Assembly (NCBI GenBank): GCA_934271255.1
Contig: CAKQQS010000002.1
Coordinates: 112,684-176,683, forward strand
From: an uncultured Clostridia bacterium
GTDB lineage: Bacteria; Bacillota; Clostridia; Christensenellales; Borkfalkiaceae
DNA: 64,000 bases
Reading direction: 5' to 3'
The translations under genes were made by a program, and so were the position numbers. Shown here in pieces: positions 16,030-25,041 of the stretch. Below the pieces are notes generated by a model. The model had not been told where the DNA came from. It saw only the letters and a program-made list of their open reading frames with translations, and ran no database searches. Each line of letters begins with the position of its first letter. Position 1 is the stretch's first letter.

Positions 16030-16416
16030 TTATTTTATTATACTTGTAAGTATTTTTAGTAGATTTATCACTATCGGTAGCGAAACCGCAATAATTGCGA
16101 ATTTGCCCGCTAAAATCACTTTGTCCGATAAACTTTTCACCCCCAGATCGTCTATTGCGTTTGCGGTAAACTCAGTAAGATAGCCTATTCCTACCGCTTT
16201 CAGAATGGTTGTTAAAATATTTTCGTCGATATTTACGTTGCGAAAAAAATTATTTATACTGTTGATGCTTGACGACAACAGGTTGTACGTAAAAATTATC
16301 ATAATTATTCCCGCGCCGACGATCGTTATTTGATACAAATCGCTTCCGATATGTTTCAAATACGCTATTGTAAGCGCAAACCCTATTGCCAGCGCAAATA
16401 ATTTTATAATAGCCAT
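16030..16416 (-). CDS. spoIIIAD: Stage III sporulation protein AD
   Basis: 128-aa four-TM protein at the expected position. Confidence 0.8.
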   Translation of the reverse strand: MAIIKLFALAIGFALTIAYLKHIGSDLYQITIVGAGIIMIIFTYNLLSSSINSINNFFRNVNIDENILTTILKAVGIGYLTEFTANAIDDLGVKSLSDKVILAGKFAIIAVSLPIVINLLKILTSIIK

Positions 16417-16418
16417 AT

Positions 16419-16616
16419 CTAAAACATACTGAAAATACTTTTAATGGTAGTGAAAAGTTCGGCTATCATATTAAGCACCATCATAAGTACGATTATAAGT
16501 CCTACAAGGCTTACAAGCGTTGCAATGTCGTCCCTGTCCGATTTTTTTAATATTTGAGTTACAACGGTAATAATTATTCCGATTGCCGCTATTTTAAAAA
16601 TTATATTTATATCCAT
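16419..16616 (-). CDS. spoIIIAC: Stage III sporulation protein AC
   Basis: 65-aa two-TM protein at the expected position. Confidence 0.8.
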   Translation of the reverse strand: MDINIIFKIAAIGIIITVVTQILKKSDRDDIATLVSLVGLIIVLMMVLNMIAELFTTIKSIFSMF

Positions 16617-16639
16617 CTTTACTCGCTATATAAAGTTGT

Positions 16640-17116
16640 TTAAATGATTATTATAAAAATCGTTATTCCCGCCAAAAGCGCGATTTTATACGATACGGGC
16701 TTCATTTCTTTGTATTTTTTAAACGCTTTGTCTTTTTCTGCGGAAAATTGCCTATGCTTGTCTTTAACGTAATTTATTTGCGTTTCATAATCCGACTTAC
16801 CCACTTTATTCAAATAATCGATGATCTCTTTTTTATCGTTTTTCGGTAAATCTTTCAAAAAAGTTTTATTATTCGTTACTTCGTTTTTCAAATAATCCGA
16901 AGACTCGAACAAGGGTTTGACGTCGCTTTTAAAATCGCACTCTTTCGCTACTTTATGAACGTCGTCTTTATAATATTCTATCGCGGTATAAAGTTTTTCG
17001 TTGAACAAGGTCAATTCGCCGTACGTTTCGTATATTCGTTTGAGTTTTTCGCAATAAAGATTTGCGATAAGAAGTGAAAATCCTATCGATAAAAACCCGA
17101 AAATAATTTTAATCAT
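16640..17116 (-). CDS. spoIIIAB: Stage III sporulation protein AB
   Basis: 158 aa with N- and C-terminal TM segments flanking a helical domain. It overlaps the spoIIIAA stop. Confidence 0.75.
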   Translation of the reverse strand: MIKIIFGFLSIGFSLLIANLYCEKLKRIYETYGELTLFNEKLYTAIEYYKDDVHKVAKECDFKSDVKPLFESSDYLKNEVTNNKTFLKDLPKNDKKEIIDYLNKVGKSDYETQINYVKDKHRQFSAEKDKAFKKYKEMKPVSYKIALLAGITIFIIII

Positions 17117-17963
17117 ACGAGATTTCTTCCCCTTTGCCGTTAAATATTTTCTTGATTTTTCCTATGATTTCGGCGTCAAGTTCGACGTAATAATCAAAGA
17201 CGTACGGGCTAAATAATTTTATATCGTTTGCATGTGAAGTTGCTATTACCTTTACGCCCGCGTTGATAGCCCTTAAAACTGCCGAATAGTCTTCGTCGCC
17301 GTACAACTCGTCGGTTATAATAACGTCGGGTGAAAGACTTCTTACGCCGTTTTCAAACGCGTATTTTTTTGAACAGTTTTTAAGAACGTCGACGCCGAAA
17401 AACTTATTGTTCGACACGATTTCATCACGCTCGTCCACTACTAAAACGGTGTTTTCTCGTTTTTCGGACAGGTTGCGAATCAAGTCGCGTATCAAAGTTG
17501 TTTTACCCATGCCCGGTTTTGAAAATATCATCACGTTCGCTAGTTTGCTTTTTAATATTTTTTCATATAACCCATTTGAGCAACCGATTACGTTATGATG
17601 CAACCTTATATTTATCGAAGAATAATTCTTTATGGTTTTTATTTCTTTTCCGTCGAAAACGAACTCCCCCGCAAGCCCTATTCGTTCTCCGTTTTCTCCC
17701 GTTAAAAATCCGTGTACGATTTTGTCGTTAAAGGCGTATAAAGAACGAAAAGTCAGTTTTTCGATTATACCGCCAAGCTCGCCTTTTTCCAAACAAACAG
17801 GCATATTTTTGCCCGTTAAACGATTGTTTTCGGTAAGCGGTTGTAATTTATTTGCATATTTTAAAAGAACTTGTCCGTCGTCGTAAAGTCTTATTTCGTT
17901 AAGCCGTAAAAAATCAAGTTTTTCAATTGAGTTTTTAATTCTTTCGGGCAAATAGTTAAACAT
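17109..17963 (-). CDS. spoIIIAA: Stage III sporulation protein AA (AAA+/secretion-type ATPase)
   Basis: Walker A SKPGMGKTT and Walker B VIITDE. The start at ATG 17963 (MFNYLPERIKNSI) aligns with the B. subtilis N-terminus. Confidence 0.85.
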   Translation of the reverse strand: MFNYLPERIKNSIEKLDFLRLNEIRLYDDGQVLLKYANKLQPLTENNRLTGKNMPVCLEKGELGGIIEKLTFRSLYAFNDKIVHGFLTGENGERIGLAGEFVFDGKEIKTIKNYSSINIRLHHNVIGCSNGLYEKILKSKLANVMIFSKPGMGKTTLIRDLIRNLSEKRENTVLVVDERDEIVSNNKFFGVDVLKNCSKKYAFENGVRSLSPDVIITDELYGDEDYSAVLRAINAGVKVIATSHANDIKLFSPYVFDYYVELDAEIIGKIKKIFNGKGEEISYD

Positions 17964-18004
17964 AACTTTATACAATAAATGTATTCGCAACGAGTTATAA
18001 ATAT

Positions 18005-18036
18005 AACAAAACCCGTCGCATTTTGTTGCGACGGGT
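18005..18036 (-). terminator. Intrinsic terminator after the ABC exporter pair
   Basis: Stem ACCCGTCGCA/TGCGACGGGT, with a U-rich tail on the minus strand. Confidence 0.7.
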
Positions 18037-18056
18037 GTCGGAAAAAATATTTATTG

Positions 18057-19985
18057 TTATTCGAGTTCAAACGCGCCCGTATATAATTGATAATATTGAC
18101 CTTTCTTGGCAATCAATTCTTCGTGGCTGCCGCGTTCGATTATTTCGCCGTGATCGAGTACCATTATTACGTCCGAATTTCTGACGGTCGAAAGTCTGTG
18201 CGCGATGACGAAAACCGTTCTTCCTTTCATAAGATTATCCATACCGCTTTGTACGAGCGCTTCCGTTCTCGTATCGATTGAAGAAGTCGCTTCGTCCAGA
18301 ATCATCGCGGGAGCGTCCGCTACCGCCGCTCTTGCTATCGAAATCAATTGTCTTTGACCTTGCGAAAGATTCGCGCCGTTGTTTTCAAGCAAAGTATCGT
18401 AACCCTGTGGAAGTCTTGTTATGAAATCGTGCGCGTTTGCAAGTTTCGTTGCCTCGATACATTCGTCGTCCGTTGCGTCGAGTCTTCCGTAACGAATATT
18501 GTCCAAAACCGTTCCCGTAAACAAGTTTACGTCCTGTAAAACAATTCCTAACGATCTACGTAAATCGCTTTTCTTGATTTTATTGATGTTTATGCCGTCG
18601 TACCGTATTTTTCCGTCGGCTATATCGTAAAATCTGTTTATGAGGTTGGTTATTGTCGTTTTTCCCGCGCCGGTTGCTCCGACGAACGCTACTTTTTGCC
18701 CCGGACGAGCATATAGAGTTATGTCTTTCAACACTTGTTTATTCTCATCGTAACCGAAATCAACGTGATCCATTACGATTTCGCCTTTCAGTTCGGTATA
18801 CGTTACCGTATCTGTTGCTTTATGATAATGTTTCCAAGCCCATAAGTTAGTGCGTTCGTTCGTTTCGATAATGTTGCCTTCTTCGTCTTTTTTAGCGTTG
18901 ACCAGAACGACGTAACCTTCGTCTTGTTCGGGTTGTTGATCCATCAGTTCAAAAACACGCGACGCGCCCGCCATACCCATTGCGATCATCGGAACTTGTT
19001 GAGCCATTTCGTTTACGGACTGAGTAGAACGTCTGCTCATACCCAAGAACGGTATTATAAGCCCGAACGTTATGGGCGTTAATCCTTTACCGATACTGCT
19101 TAGCCCGATATTCGGCACTTTGGAAGAAATTAAGATTCCGCCGAGTATTGCCAAAAAAACGTAAGTAAAGTTGCCTATATTGCCTAAAATCGGCCCTAAA
19201 ACGTTTCCGTAAACGTTTGCCTCGCTCGCGTCTTTGAAAAGTTTTTCGTTAAGTACGTCGAAATCTTTTTTGGAAGCGGTTTCGTGCGTAAACACTTTAA
19301 CTACTTTTTGCCCTTTCATCATTTCTTCGACAAAACCTTCTTCTTTTGCAAGAGAGATTTGTTGAGCGACCATGTGCTTTGAACTTCTTCCGCCGACGAC
19401 TTTAATTACGAAGAACATCGAAATCGAACATACCAAGAAAATCAAAGTCATGTATATGCTGAAATACAACATTAAACCTATCGCTACGAGTAATGTAAGT
19501 CCGCTTGAAAACAGCGTAGGAATACTCTGACCGATAAGTTGACGGATTGCGTCCGTATCGTTGGTATACGTCGACATTATTTCTCCGTGAGCGTGCGTGT
19601 CGAAATATTTTATCGGAAGAGATTGCATCTTTTCAAACATATCTTTTCTGAAATGATACAAAGTCCCCTGCGTAACGACAGCCATTATCTGGTTACCTAA
19701 ATAAGTCGCTAAAACCGAAATAAGATACGTTGCGAACATTATAAGAATGTTTCTTATCAAAACGTTTCTTACCGCTTCGTAGCCGAGATCGATACCGGGA
19801 GTCATTACCTGATCGATATTGATCGACATAAACAAAGACGAAACAAGTCCGCCCGCAGCCGATAAAAGCATGCAAAACAATACTAAAATCAAAGATTTTT
19901 TGTAATATTTTAAGGTGTATTTAATTATCCTGCCCAACGTACCTTTATTGATTTTGTCGGGCTTTCCTTTTTTCATTCCATGCAT
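18057..19985 (-). CDS. ABC exporter, fused permease/ATPase (type I, MDR-like), second half of a heterodimer
   Basis: Six-TM domain plus NBD (GATGAGKTT, LSQGQRQL, ILDEATS). The start overlaps the upstream stop as TAATG. Confidence 0.85.
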   Translation of the reverse strand: MHGMKKGKPDKINKGTLGRIIKYTLKYYKKSLILVLFCMLLSAAGGLVSSLFMSINIDQVMTPGIDLGYEAVRNVLIRNILIMFATYLISVLATYLGNQIMAVVTQGTLYHFRKDMFEKMQSLPIKYFDTHAHGEIMSTYTNDTDAIRQLIGQSIPTLFSSGLTLLVAIGLMLYFSIYMTLIFLVCSISMFFVIKVVGGRSSKHMVAQQISLAKEEGFVEEMMKGQKVVKVFTHETASKKDFDVLNEKLFKDASEANVYGNVLGPILGNIGNFTYVFLAILGGILISSKVPNIGLSSIGKGLTPITFGLIIPFLGMSRRSTQSVNEMAQQVPMIAMGMAGASRVFELMDQQPEQDEGYVVLVNAKKDEEGNIIETNERTNLWAWKHYHKATDTVTYTELKGEIVMDHVDFGYDENKQVLKDITLYARPGQKVAFVGATGAGKTTITNLINRFYDIADGKIRYDGININKIKKSDLRRSLGIVLQDVNLFTGTVLDNIRYGRLDATDDECIEATKLANAHDFITRLPQGYDTLLENNGANLSQGQRQLISIARAAVADAPAMILDEATSSIDTRTEALVQSGMDNLMKGRTVFVIAHRLSTVRNSDVIMVLDHGEIIERGSHEELIAKKGQYYQLYTGAFELE

Positions 19986-21760
19986 TATCGATCACCCCCG
20001 ACGTTACTGCTTCTCGTTTGCGTTTCGTATATTTCGCGATAAATCTCACTCGTTTTCATTAACTCATCGTGATTGCCTATCGAATCGATTTTGCCGTTAT
20101 TCATAATTATGATTTTATCGGCGTCTTCGACGGAAGATATGCGTTGCGCAATTATTATTTTTGTTGTGTTAGGTATTTCTTCTCGAAGCGCTTTTCTTAT
20201 AAGCGCGTCCGTTTTCGTATCGACTGCGGAAGTCGAGTCGTCAAAAATTAAGATTTTGGGTTTTCTCAGGATTGCTCTTGCGATACAAAGTCTTTGTTTT
20301 TGTCCGCCCGAAACGTTAGTACCGCCTTGTTCGATATATCTATCGTATCCGTCGGGATTTGCCGTAATAAAGTCGTGGCATTGCGCCAACTTGCAAACTC
20401 TTACCAACTCTTCGTCCGTAGCGTCGGGATTGCCCCAACGTAAATTATCTTTGATTGTACCCGAGAACAAAACGTTCTTTTGTAAAACGACGGATACTTC
20501 TTTTCTGAGTACGTTAAGGTCGTAATCTTTTACGTTTACTCCGCCGACGGACACGCTGCCCGTTGAAACGTCGTAAAGTCTCGGGATAAGTTGTATAAGC
20601 GTAGTCTTTGAAGTACCCGTACCGCCGATAATACCTATCGTTTCGCCCGACTTGATGTTAAGGTTGATATTCGTCAACGCGTACTTTTGCGCGTCTTCAC
20701 TGTATTTGAAATTGACGTTATCGAATACGATCGAGCCGTCTTTGACTTCTTCGACAGCATTTTCGGGAGAGACTATCTGAGATTGTTGTTCTAACACTTC
20801 CGTGATTCTGTGCCCCGATTCGATAGACATGGTAAGGAAAACCATTATCATTGCAAACATCATCAACGCCGAAAGCATTTGCACGCCGTAAGTAATTACC
20901 GCAGACAGTTCCGCGGGCGAGAAAGCGCCTTTCGTACCGATAACCATTTTTGCGCCGAAAAACGAGATAAGAAGAGAAGTGAGATACATCGAAAGCATCA
21001 TCATCGGCGAAGTTAGGGCTATCATTCTTTCCGCTTTGGTAAAGTCTTTTCTGACGTCGCTTGCCGCTTTGTCGAACTTATCTTTTTCGTAATCTTCTCT
21101 TACGAACGACTTAACTACTCTAATGCCTGCAACGTCTTCTTGTACCGAATTGTTAAGCGCGTCGTATTTTTTAAAGATTTTTCTGAAAAACGGCATAACT
21201 TTAATCATTAAAGTCGCTAACCCCGCCGCAAGCAAAGGCAGAACGCAAACGAAAATAAAAGCAAGTTTCCAGTTTATCGTCATACTCATAATAATCGAGA
21301 ACGCGAACATCAAAGGAACTCTTACTACGATTCTTAAACACATCTGATATGAACTTTGTATATTCGTTACGTCGGTGGTCAGTCGCGTTACGAGAGAAGA
21401 AGTCGAAAACTTGTCGACGTCTTTAAAAGAGAAGTCCTGAACGGCGTAGAATAATTTTTTGCGTAGATTTTTTGCAAATCCGCAACTTGCAATTGCGGCA
21501 AACCTCCCTGCTAAAATACCGCTTGTGAGCGAACATATCGCAAGCCCTATCAAAGCCACGCCGTAAACGTAGATTTGTTTCATAGGGACGTTGCCCGCCG
21601 AATCGTAGGCGAGCATTTTCGTCATCATATAAGGAATCAAGCATTCGCAAATTGCTTCGAAAACCATGAAAATCGGCGTCAGAACGGAAGGTTTTTTGTA
21701 TTCGCCGACACACGATAAAAGCAATTTAAAGTTTATGCCTTTTTGTTTTGTTTTTTTCAT
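19985..21760 (-). CDS. ABC exporter, fused permease/ATPase, first half of a heterodimer
   Basis: TM domain plus NBD (GGTGTSKTT, VSGGQKQR, IFDDSTS). GAGG RBS upstream. Confidence 0.85.
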   Translation of the reverse strand: MKKTKQKGINFKLLLSCVGEYKKPSVLTPIFMVFEAICECLIPYMMTKMLAYDSAGNVPMKQIYVYGVALIGLAICSLTSGILAGRFAAIASCGFAKNLRKKLFYAVQDFSFKDVDKFSTSSLVTRLTTDVTNIQSSYQMCLRIVVRVPLMFAFSIIMSMTINWKLAFIFVCVLPLLAAGLATLMIKVMPFFRKIFKKYDALNNSVQEDVAGIRVVKSFVREDYEKDKFDKAASDVRKDFTKAERMIALTSPMMMLSMYLTSLLISFFGAKMVIGTKGAFSPAELSAVITYGVQMLSALMMFAMIMVFLTMSIESGHRITEVLEQQSQIVSPENAVEEVKDGSIVFDNVNFKYSEDAQKYALTNINLNIKSGETIGIIGGTGTSKTTLIQLIPRLYDVSTGSVSVGGVNVKDYDLNVLRKEVSVVLQKNVLFSGTIKDNLRWGNPDATDEELVRVCKLAQCHDFITANPDGYDRYIEQGGTNVSGGQKQRLCIARAILRKPKILIFDDSTSAVDTKTDALIRKALREEIPNTTKIIIAQRISSVEDADKIIIMNNGKIDSIGNHDELMKTSEIYREIYETQTRSSNVGGDR

Positions 21761-21860
21761 CTTATGCCTCTATGGTTATATCTGTTTTGCTTAATTATTT
21801 ATAATAAATAGATTGTTTAATGGTATTATATACGATTTTTTAATATGAATATTGCAATAT

Positions 21861-21916
21861 CGTTGTAAATGTTGTAAAAATATTATAATTCGATGTTGAA
21901 ACGATATTTTTACAAC
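21861..21916. repeat. GTTGTAAA repeat cluster with a perfect 13-bp inverted repeat
   Basis: CGTTGTAAA (21861..21869). GTTGTAAAAATAT (21871..21883) and its exact reverse complement ATATTTTTACAAC (21904..21916). Confidence 0.85.
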
Positions 21917-22061
21917 GTTTAAGTTTTACACGATACATTATATAAATCGAATCTTAAAAGTTTATTGAAAAAGCAAAAAAATATTTTGTTTAACCTTACT
22001 TTTTATGTATAATATTTTTAATATCACAAAATAAGAGAAATGTCAAATAAATAGTTGTCGA

Positions 22062-22089
22062 AAATAAAAAAATCGGGGAAAAATCCCCG
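22062..22089 (-). terminator. Intrinsic terminator after ylmC/ymxH
   Basis: Stem TCGGGGA/TCCCCGA, loop AAAA, U8 on the minus strand. Confidence 0.75.
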
Positions 22090-22095
22090 AACGGT

Positions 22096-22356
22096 TTAAC
22101 AGTTTTGTTGCAGTGTTTGTTTTGGCGCGCTATTGTCCACCAAAATCACGTCTTCGCCTATTTTTTTAATGTTTTCCAAAGATATTTGCATTGTAGAACC
22201 GGAATTGAAAAGCGAAACTTTACAATTAGAAATCACGAAATTACAAATTACCCCGCTTGGATAATCAAAGGACAAATCAATTATTTTTCCTAAGTTTTTG
22301 CCTGTATTTATATTGACTACGTCTTTCTTTTTAAGATTTGAAAAAGTAATGTCCAT
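22096..22356 (-). CDS. YlmC/YmxH-family sporulation protein (PRC barrel)
   Basis: 86 aa. LKKKDVVNINTGKNLGKIIDL...IKKIGEDVILVD matches the family pattern. Confidence 0.8.
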   Translation of the reverse strand: MDITFSNLKKKDVVNINTGKNLGKIIDLSFDYPSGVICNFVISNCKVSLFNSGSTMQISLENIKKIGEDVILVDNSAPKQTLQQNC

Positions 22357-22391
22357 ACAATATATTATGCCGAAAATATAGAAAAATTACA

Positions 22392-23051
22392 TTATTCTTT
22401 GAATACTATATCGTATTTATCTTTATATACGATATTCGATTTAATTTCGCCGCGCAAAGAGTTTAAAGGATACACCCTGCAATTTTTTCCTATTACCGTA
22501 GCGGGATTTAAAACGCAATTGCACCCTATTTCCGTATTATCTCCGACGATTGCGCCTAATTTAGTTAAGCCCGTGTCGTATTTCTCGTTTTCGACAGATA
22601 CGTACACGTGTTTTTTGTCGAGTTTTACGTTTGACGTTATGACGCCCGCTCCGAAATGAACGGCGTAACCCAGAACGCTGTCCCCGACGTAATTGAAATG
22701 CGGTATTTTTACTTCGTCGAACAAAACGGAGTTTTTGATTTCCGAAGAGTTGCCGACGACGCAGTTTTTGCCTATAACGCAACCGCCGCGCAAAAAAGCC
22801 GAGTGTCGTATTTCTGCGTTCTCGTCTATAATCGTAGGCGAGTAGATTTTCACCGTTTTATCTATTTTAGCGGTTTTATGCGCAAAAACCCCTTCGCTTA
22901 TTTCGTTAAAATCCGAACTTAAAGTTTTTTCGTAAAACTTGATATATGTTTTCAAATCTTTAAGCAAAATCCACGGGAAATCGAAAACTTGAAAATATTT
23001 TTTAAAAATCGTACGGTTTACGTTTAATAATTCGTTAAAATAATCGTTCAT
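22392..23051 (-). CDS. Hexapeptide-repeat (left-handed beta-helix) protein, GlmU C-terminal-like
   Basis: Repeated [LIV]-G-x-x-x-x hexads (IGKNCVVGNSSEIKNSVL, VGDNTEIGCNCVL). Confidence 0.5.
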   Translation of the reverse strand: MNDYFNELLNVNRTIFKKYFQVFDFPWILLKDLKTYIKFYEKTLSSDFNEISEGVFAHKTAKIDKTVKIYSPTIIDENAEIRHSAFLRGGCVIGKNCVVGNSSEIKNSVLFDEVKIPHFNYVGDSVLGYAVHFGAGVITSNVKLDKKHVYVSVENEKYDTGLTKLGAIVGDNTEIGCNCVLNPATVIGKNCRVYPLNSLRGEIKSNIVYKDKYDIVFKE

Positions 23052-23106
23052 ATTAGAATAAATGTCGTAACTTTATAAAATATAACTAAAAAAATCAATT
23101 TAACTC

Positions 23107-23135
23107 TTGACAAAGCGATTATTTTATATTATAAT
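23107..23135 (+). promoter_or_regulatory. Sigma-A promoter of tRNA-Thr(GGT)
   Basis: TTGACA (23107..23112), 17 nt, TATAAT (23130..23135). Confidence 0.7.
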
Positions 23136-23151
23136 AATCTAGCAAATGAAT

Positions 23152-23227
<76 letters not shown>

Positions 23228-23232
23228 GCGAT

Positions 23233-23268
23233 CCCCCGTAGACGATTTGTTTACGGGGGTTACGTTTT
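23233..23268 (+). terminator. Hairpin after tRNA-Thr(GGT)
   Basis: Stem CCCCCGTA/TACGGGGG, then TTACGTTTTAT. Confidence 0.5.
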
Positions 23269-23274
23269 ATTCTT

Positions 23275-23787
23275 ATGGAAAATATTAAACATTCTTTTTG
23301 TCCGATAATCAATGCGGACTCGAAAATACTTATACTCGGTTCCATGCCGAGTAAAATATCTCGCGAAAAATCTTTTTATTACGCAAACCCTACTAATAGA
23401 TTCTGGAAGATTTTGTCTTCGATTTTCGCCGTCGATCTGATAAACGCGACAACCGAGCAAAAAACCGAGTTTTTGCTTGAAAATAATATCGCGTTATACG
23501 ACGTTTACGCCGAATGCGATATGAAAAAAGACGGAAGTTCGCTCGATTCTTATATTTCAAATCCCGTTCTTGCCGATATTCCCAACCTTGTCAAAAACAC
23601 GAAAATAAATAAAATATTCGTTACTTCAAAAAAGGCATACGGTGATTTTTGTAAAAGATACGGCGAATATTTCGAGTCTCTTAATATTAAAATAACAAAC
23701 TTGCCCTCCCCTTCGGGCGCGAACAGATCGGTATACAGAACGGACGAAGATTTAATTGTTTGTTGGAAAAAGTCGATATTCGGTTAA
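23275..23787 (+). CDS. UDG-superfamily DNA-deoxyinosine (hypoxanthine) glycosylase-like protein
   Basis: ILILGSMPS...FYYANPTNRFWKIL, typical of this small UDG family. Confidence 0.55.
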   Translation: MENIKHSFCPIINADSKILILGSMPSKISREKSFYYANPTNRFWKILSSIFAVDLINATTEQKTEFLLENNIALYDVYAECDMKKDGSSLDSYISNPVLADIPNLVKNTKINKIFVTSKKAYGDFCKRYGEYFESLNIKITNLPSPSGANRSVYRTDEDLIVCWKKSIFG

Positions 23788-23856
23788 AACCGCGACAAAA
23801 TATTGACTTACCGCGGATATTTTTATATACTGAATATAAGGAAAATCGGTGATAAA

Positions 23857-25041
23857 ATGCAAAGATTGAAAGTTGGATTATTTATAGATACGTTTTACCC
23901 TATGATTGACGGGGTTATCAACGTGGTTAATAATTACGCCGTCAACTTGTCGGAATATGCCGACGTTACGGTTTTTTGTCCCAAAGGACTTGACAAAAAT
24001 TATAAGGATGATTTTCCGTATAAGGTAGTCAGATGTAAAAGTTTAAAGTTCGTCGGGTTCGAATATACCATTCCCGCGCCCTTTCTCGATCGCAAATTCA
24101 AAAAAGCGATTAAAGACGCGAATCTCGATATTATACATATTCATTCCCCTTTCGCCGTAGGAAAAACGGGTGTTAAGTTTGCAAAAAAACTCGGTATACC
24201 TTGTATAGGCCATCTACATTCGCAGTATTACCAGGATTTTAAAAAAGCAACGCATTTGACCGGGCTTTCTAAAATACTTTTGGCTACGATAATAAAAGTT
24301 TTTAATAAATGCGACGTTTGTTGGTCGGTGAACGACGGCGTTTCCGAATTGTTTCGTAAAGAGTATAAATTAAAAGCGCCCGTTCGCGTTCATCCGAACG
24401 CTACGGATTTTTTGCCGTTGACAAATCCCGACGAAGCGAAAAGCGAAATAGATGATTTGTACGGTTTGCATAACGAAAAAAACGTCTTTTGTTTCGTAGG
24501 ACGTCTTACCGCATTGAAAAACGTATTTTTTATAGCCGACGCCTTGAAAATCGCAAGCGACAAAGGGTTGGATTTTAAAATGCTTTTCGTAGGTAGCGGA
24601 TTTCAGGAAAAAGAACTCAGAAAAAAGATACGCGATTTCGAACTTGACGATAAAGTGATTTTTACGGGTAACGTAAGCGATAAGGAAATGCTTAAAAAGA
24701 TTTATTCGAGAAGCGATTTGTTATTGTTTCCTTCGCCGTACGACACCGACGGGCTTGTAAAATACGAAGCAGCCAGCCAGCAAACCCCTACCGTTTCCGT
24801 TAACGGTTTGTTTTGTTCGAGTAATCTAATCGACAACGTTACGGGCTTTTTATCCGAAAACTCTCCCGATGATTTTGCCGAAAAAATCATACGGGTTTGT
24901 AGCGATGAAAAACTTTTGAACACCGTTAAAGAAAACGTTTTTAAAGACTTGTATACAACGTGGAAAGATACTGTTTTAAACTCTTATAAATGCTATATTC
25001 AATTAGTAGAAGATAAAAAGAAAGCGATTACCGAGCGGTAA
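23857..25041 (+). CDS. GT4-family glycosyltransferase (diacylglycerol glycosyltransferase-like)
   Basis: GT-B fold with a C-terminal motif (LLLFPSPYDTDGLVKYEAASQQTP). The ATG at 23857 is preferred over the TTG at 23803. Confidence 0.7.
   Translation: MQRLKVGLFIDTFYPMIDGVINVVNNYAVNLSEYADVTVFCPKGLDKNYKDDFPYKVVRCKSLKFVGFEYTIPAPFLDRKFKKAIKDANLDIIHIHSPFAVGKTGVKFAKKLGIPCIGHLHSQYYQDFKKATHLTGLSKILLATIIKVFNKCDVCWSVNDGVSELFRKEYKLKAPVRVHPNATDFLPLTNPDEAKSEIDDLYGLHNEKNVFCFVGRLTALKNVFFIADALKIASDKGLDFKMLFVGSGFQEKELRKKIRDFELDDKVIFTGNVSDKEMLKKIYSRSDLLLFPSPYDTDGLVKYEAASQQTPTVSVNGLFCSSNLIDNVTGFLSENSPDDFAEKIIRVCSDEKLLNTVKENVFKDLYTTWKDTVLNSYKCYIQLVEDKKKAITER

Noticed and set aside
17891-18112. 73-aa ORF spanning the spoIIIAA upstream region and the end of the ABC gene
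   Set aside because: It crosses a terminator hairpin and overlaps the 3' end of a real gene. No RBS.
21845-21868. 7-codon mini-ORF (MNIAISL) in the ABC operon upstream region, considered as a leader peptide
   Set aside because: It is on the opposite strand to the ABC genes and has no RBS. It is probably a chance ORF.
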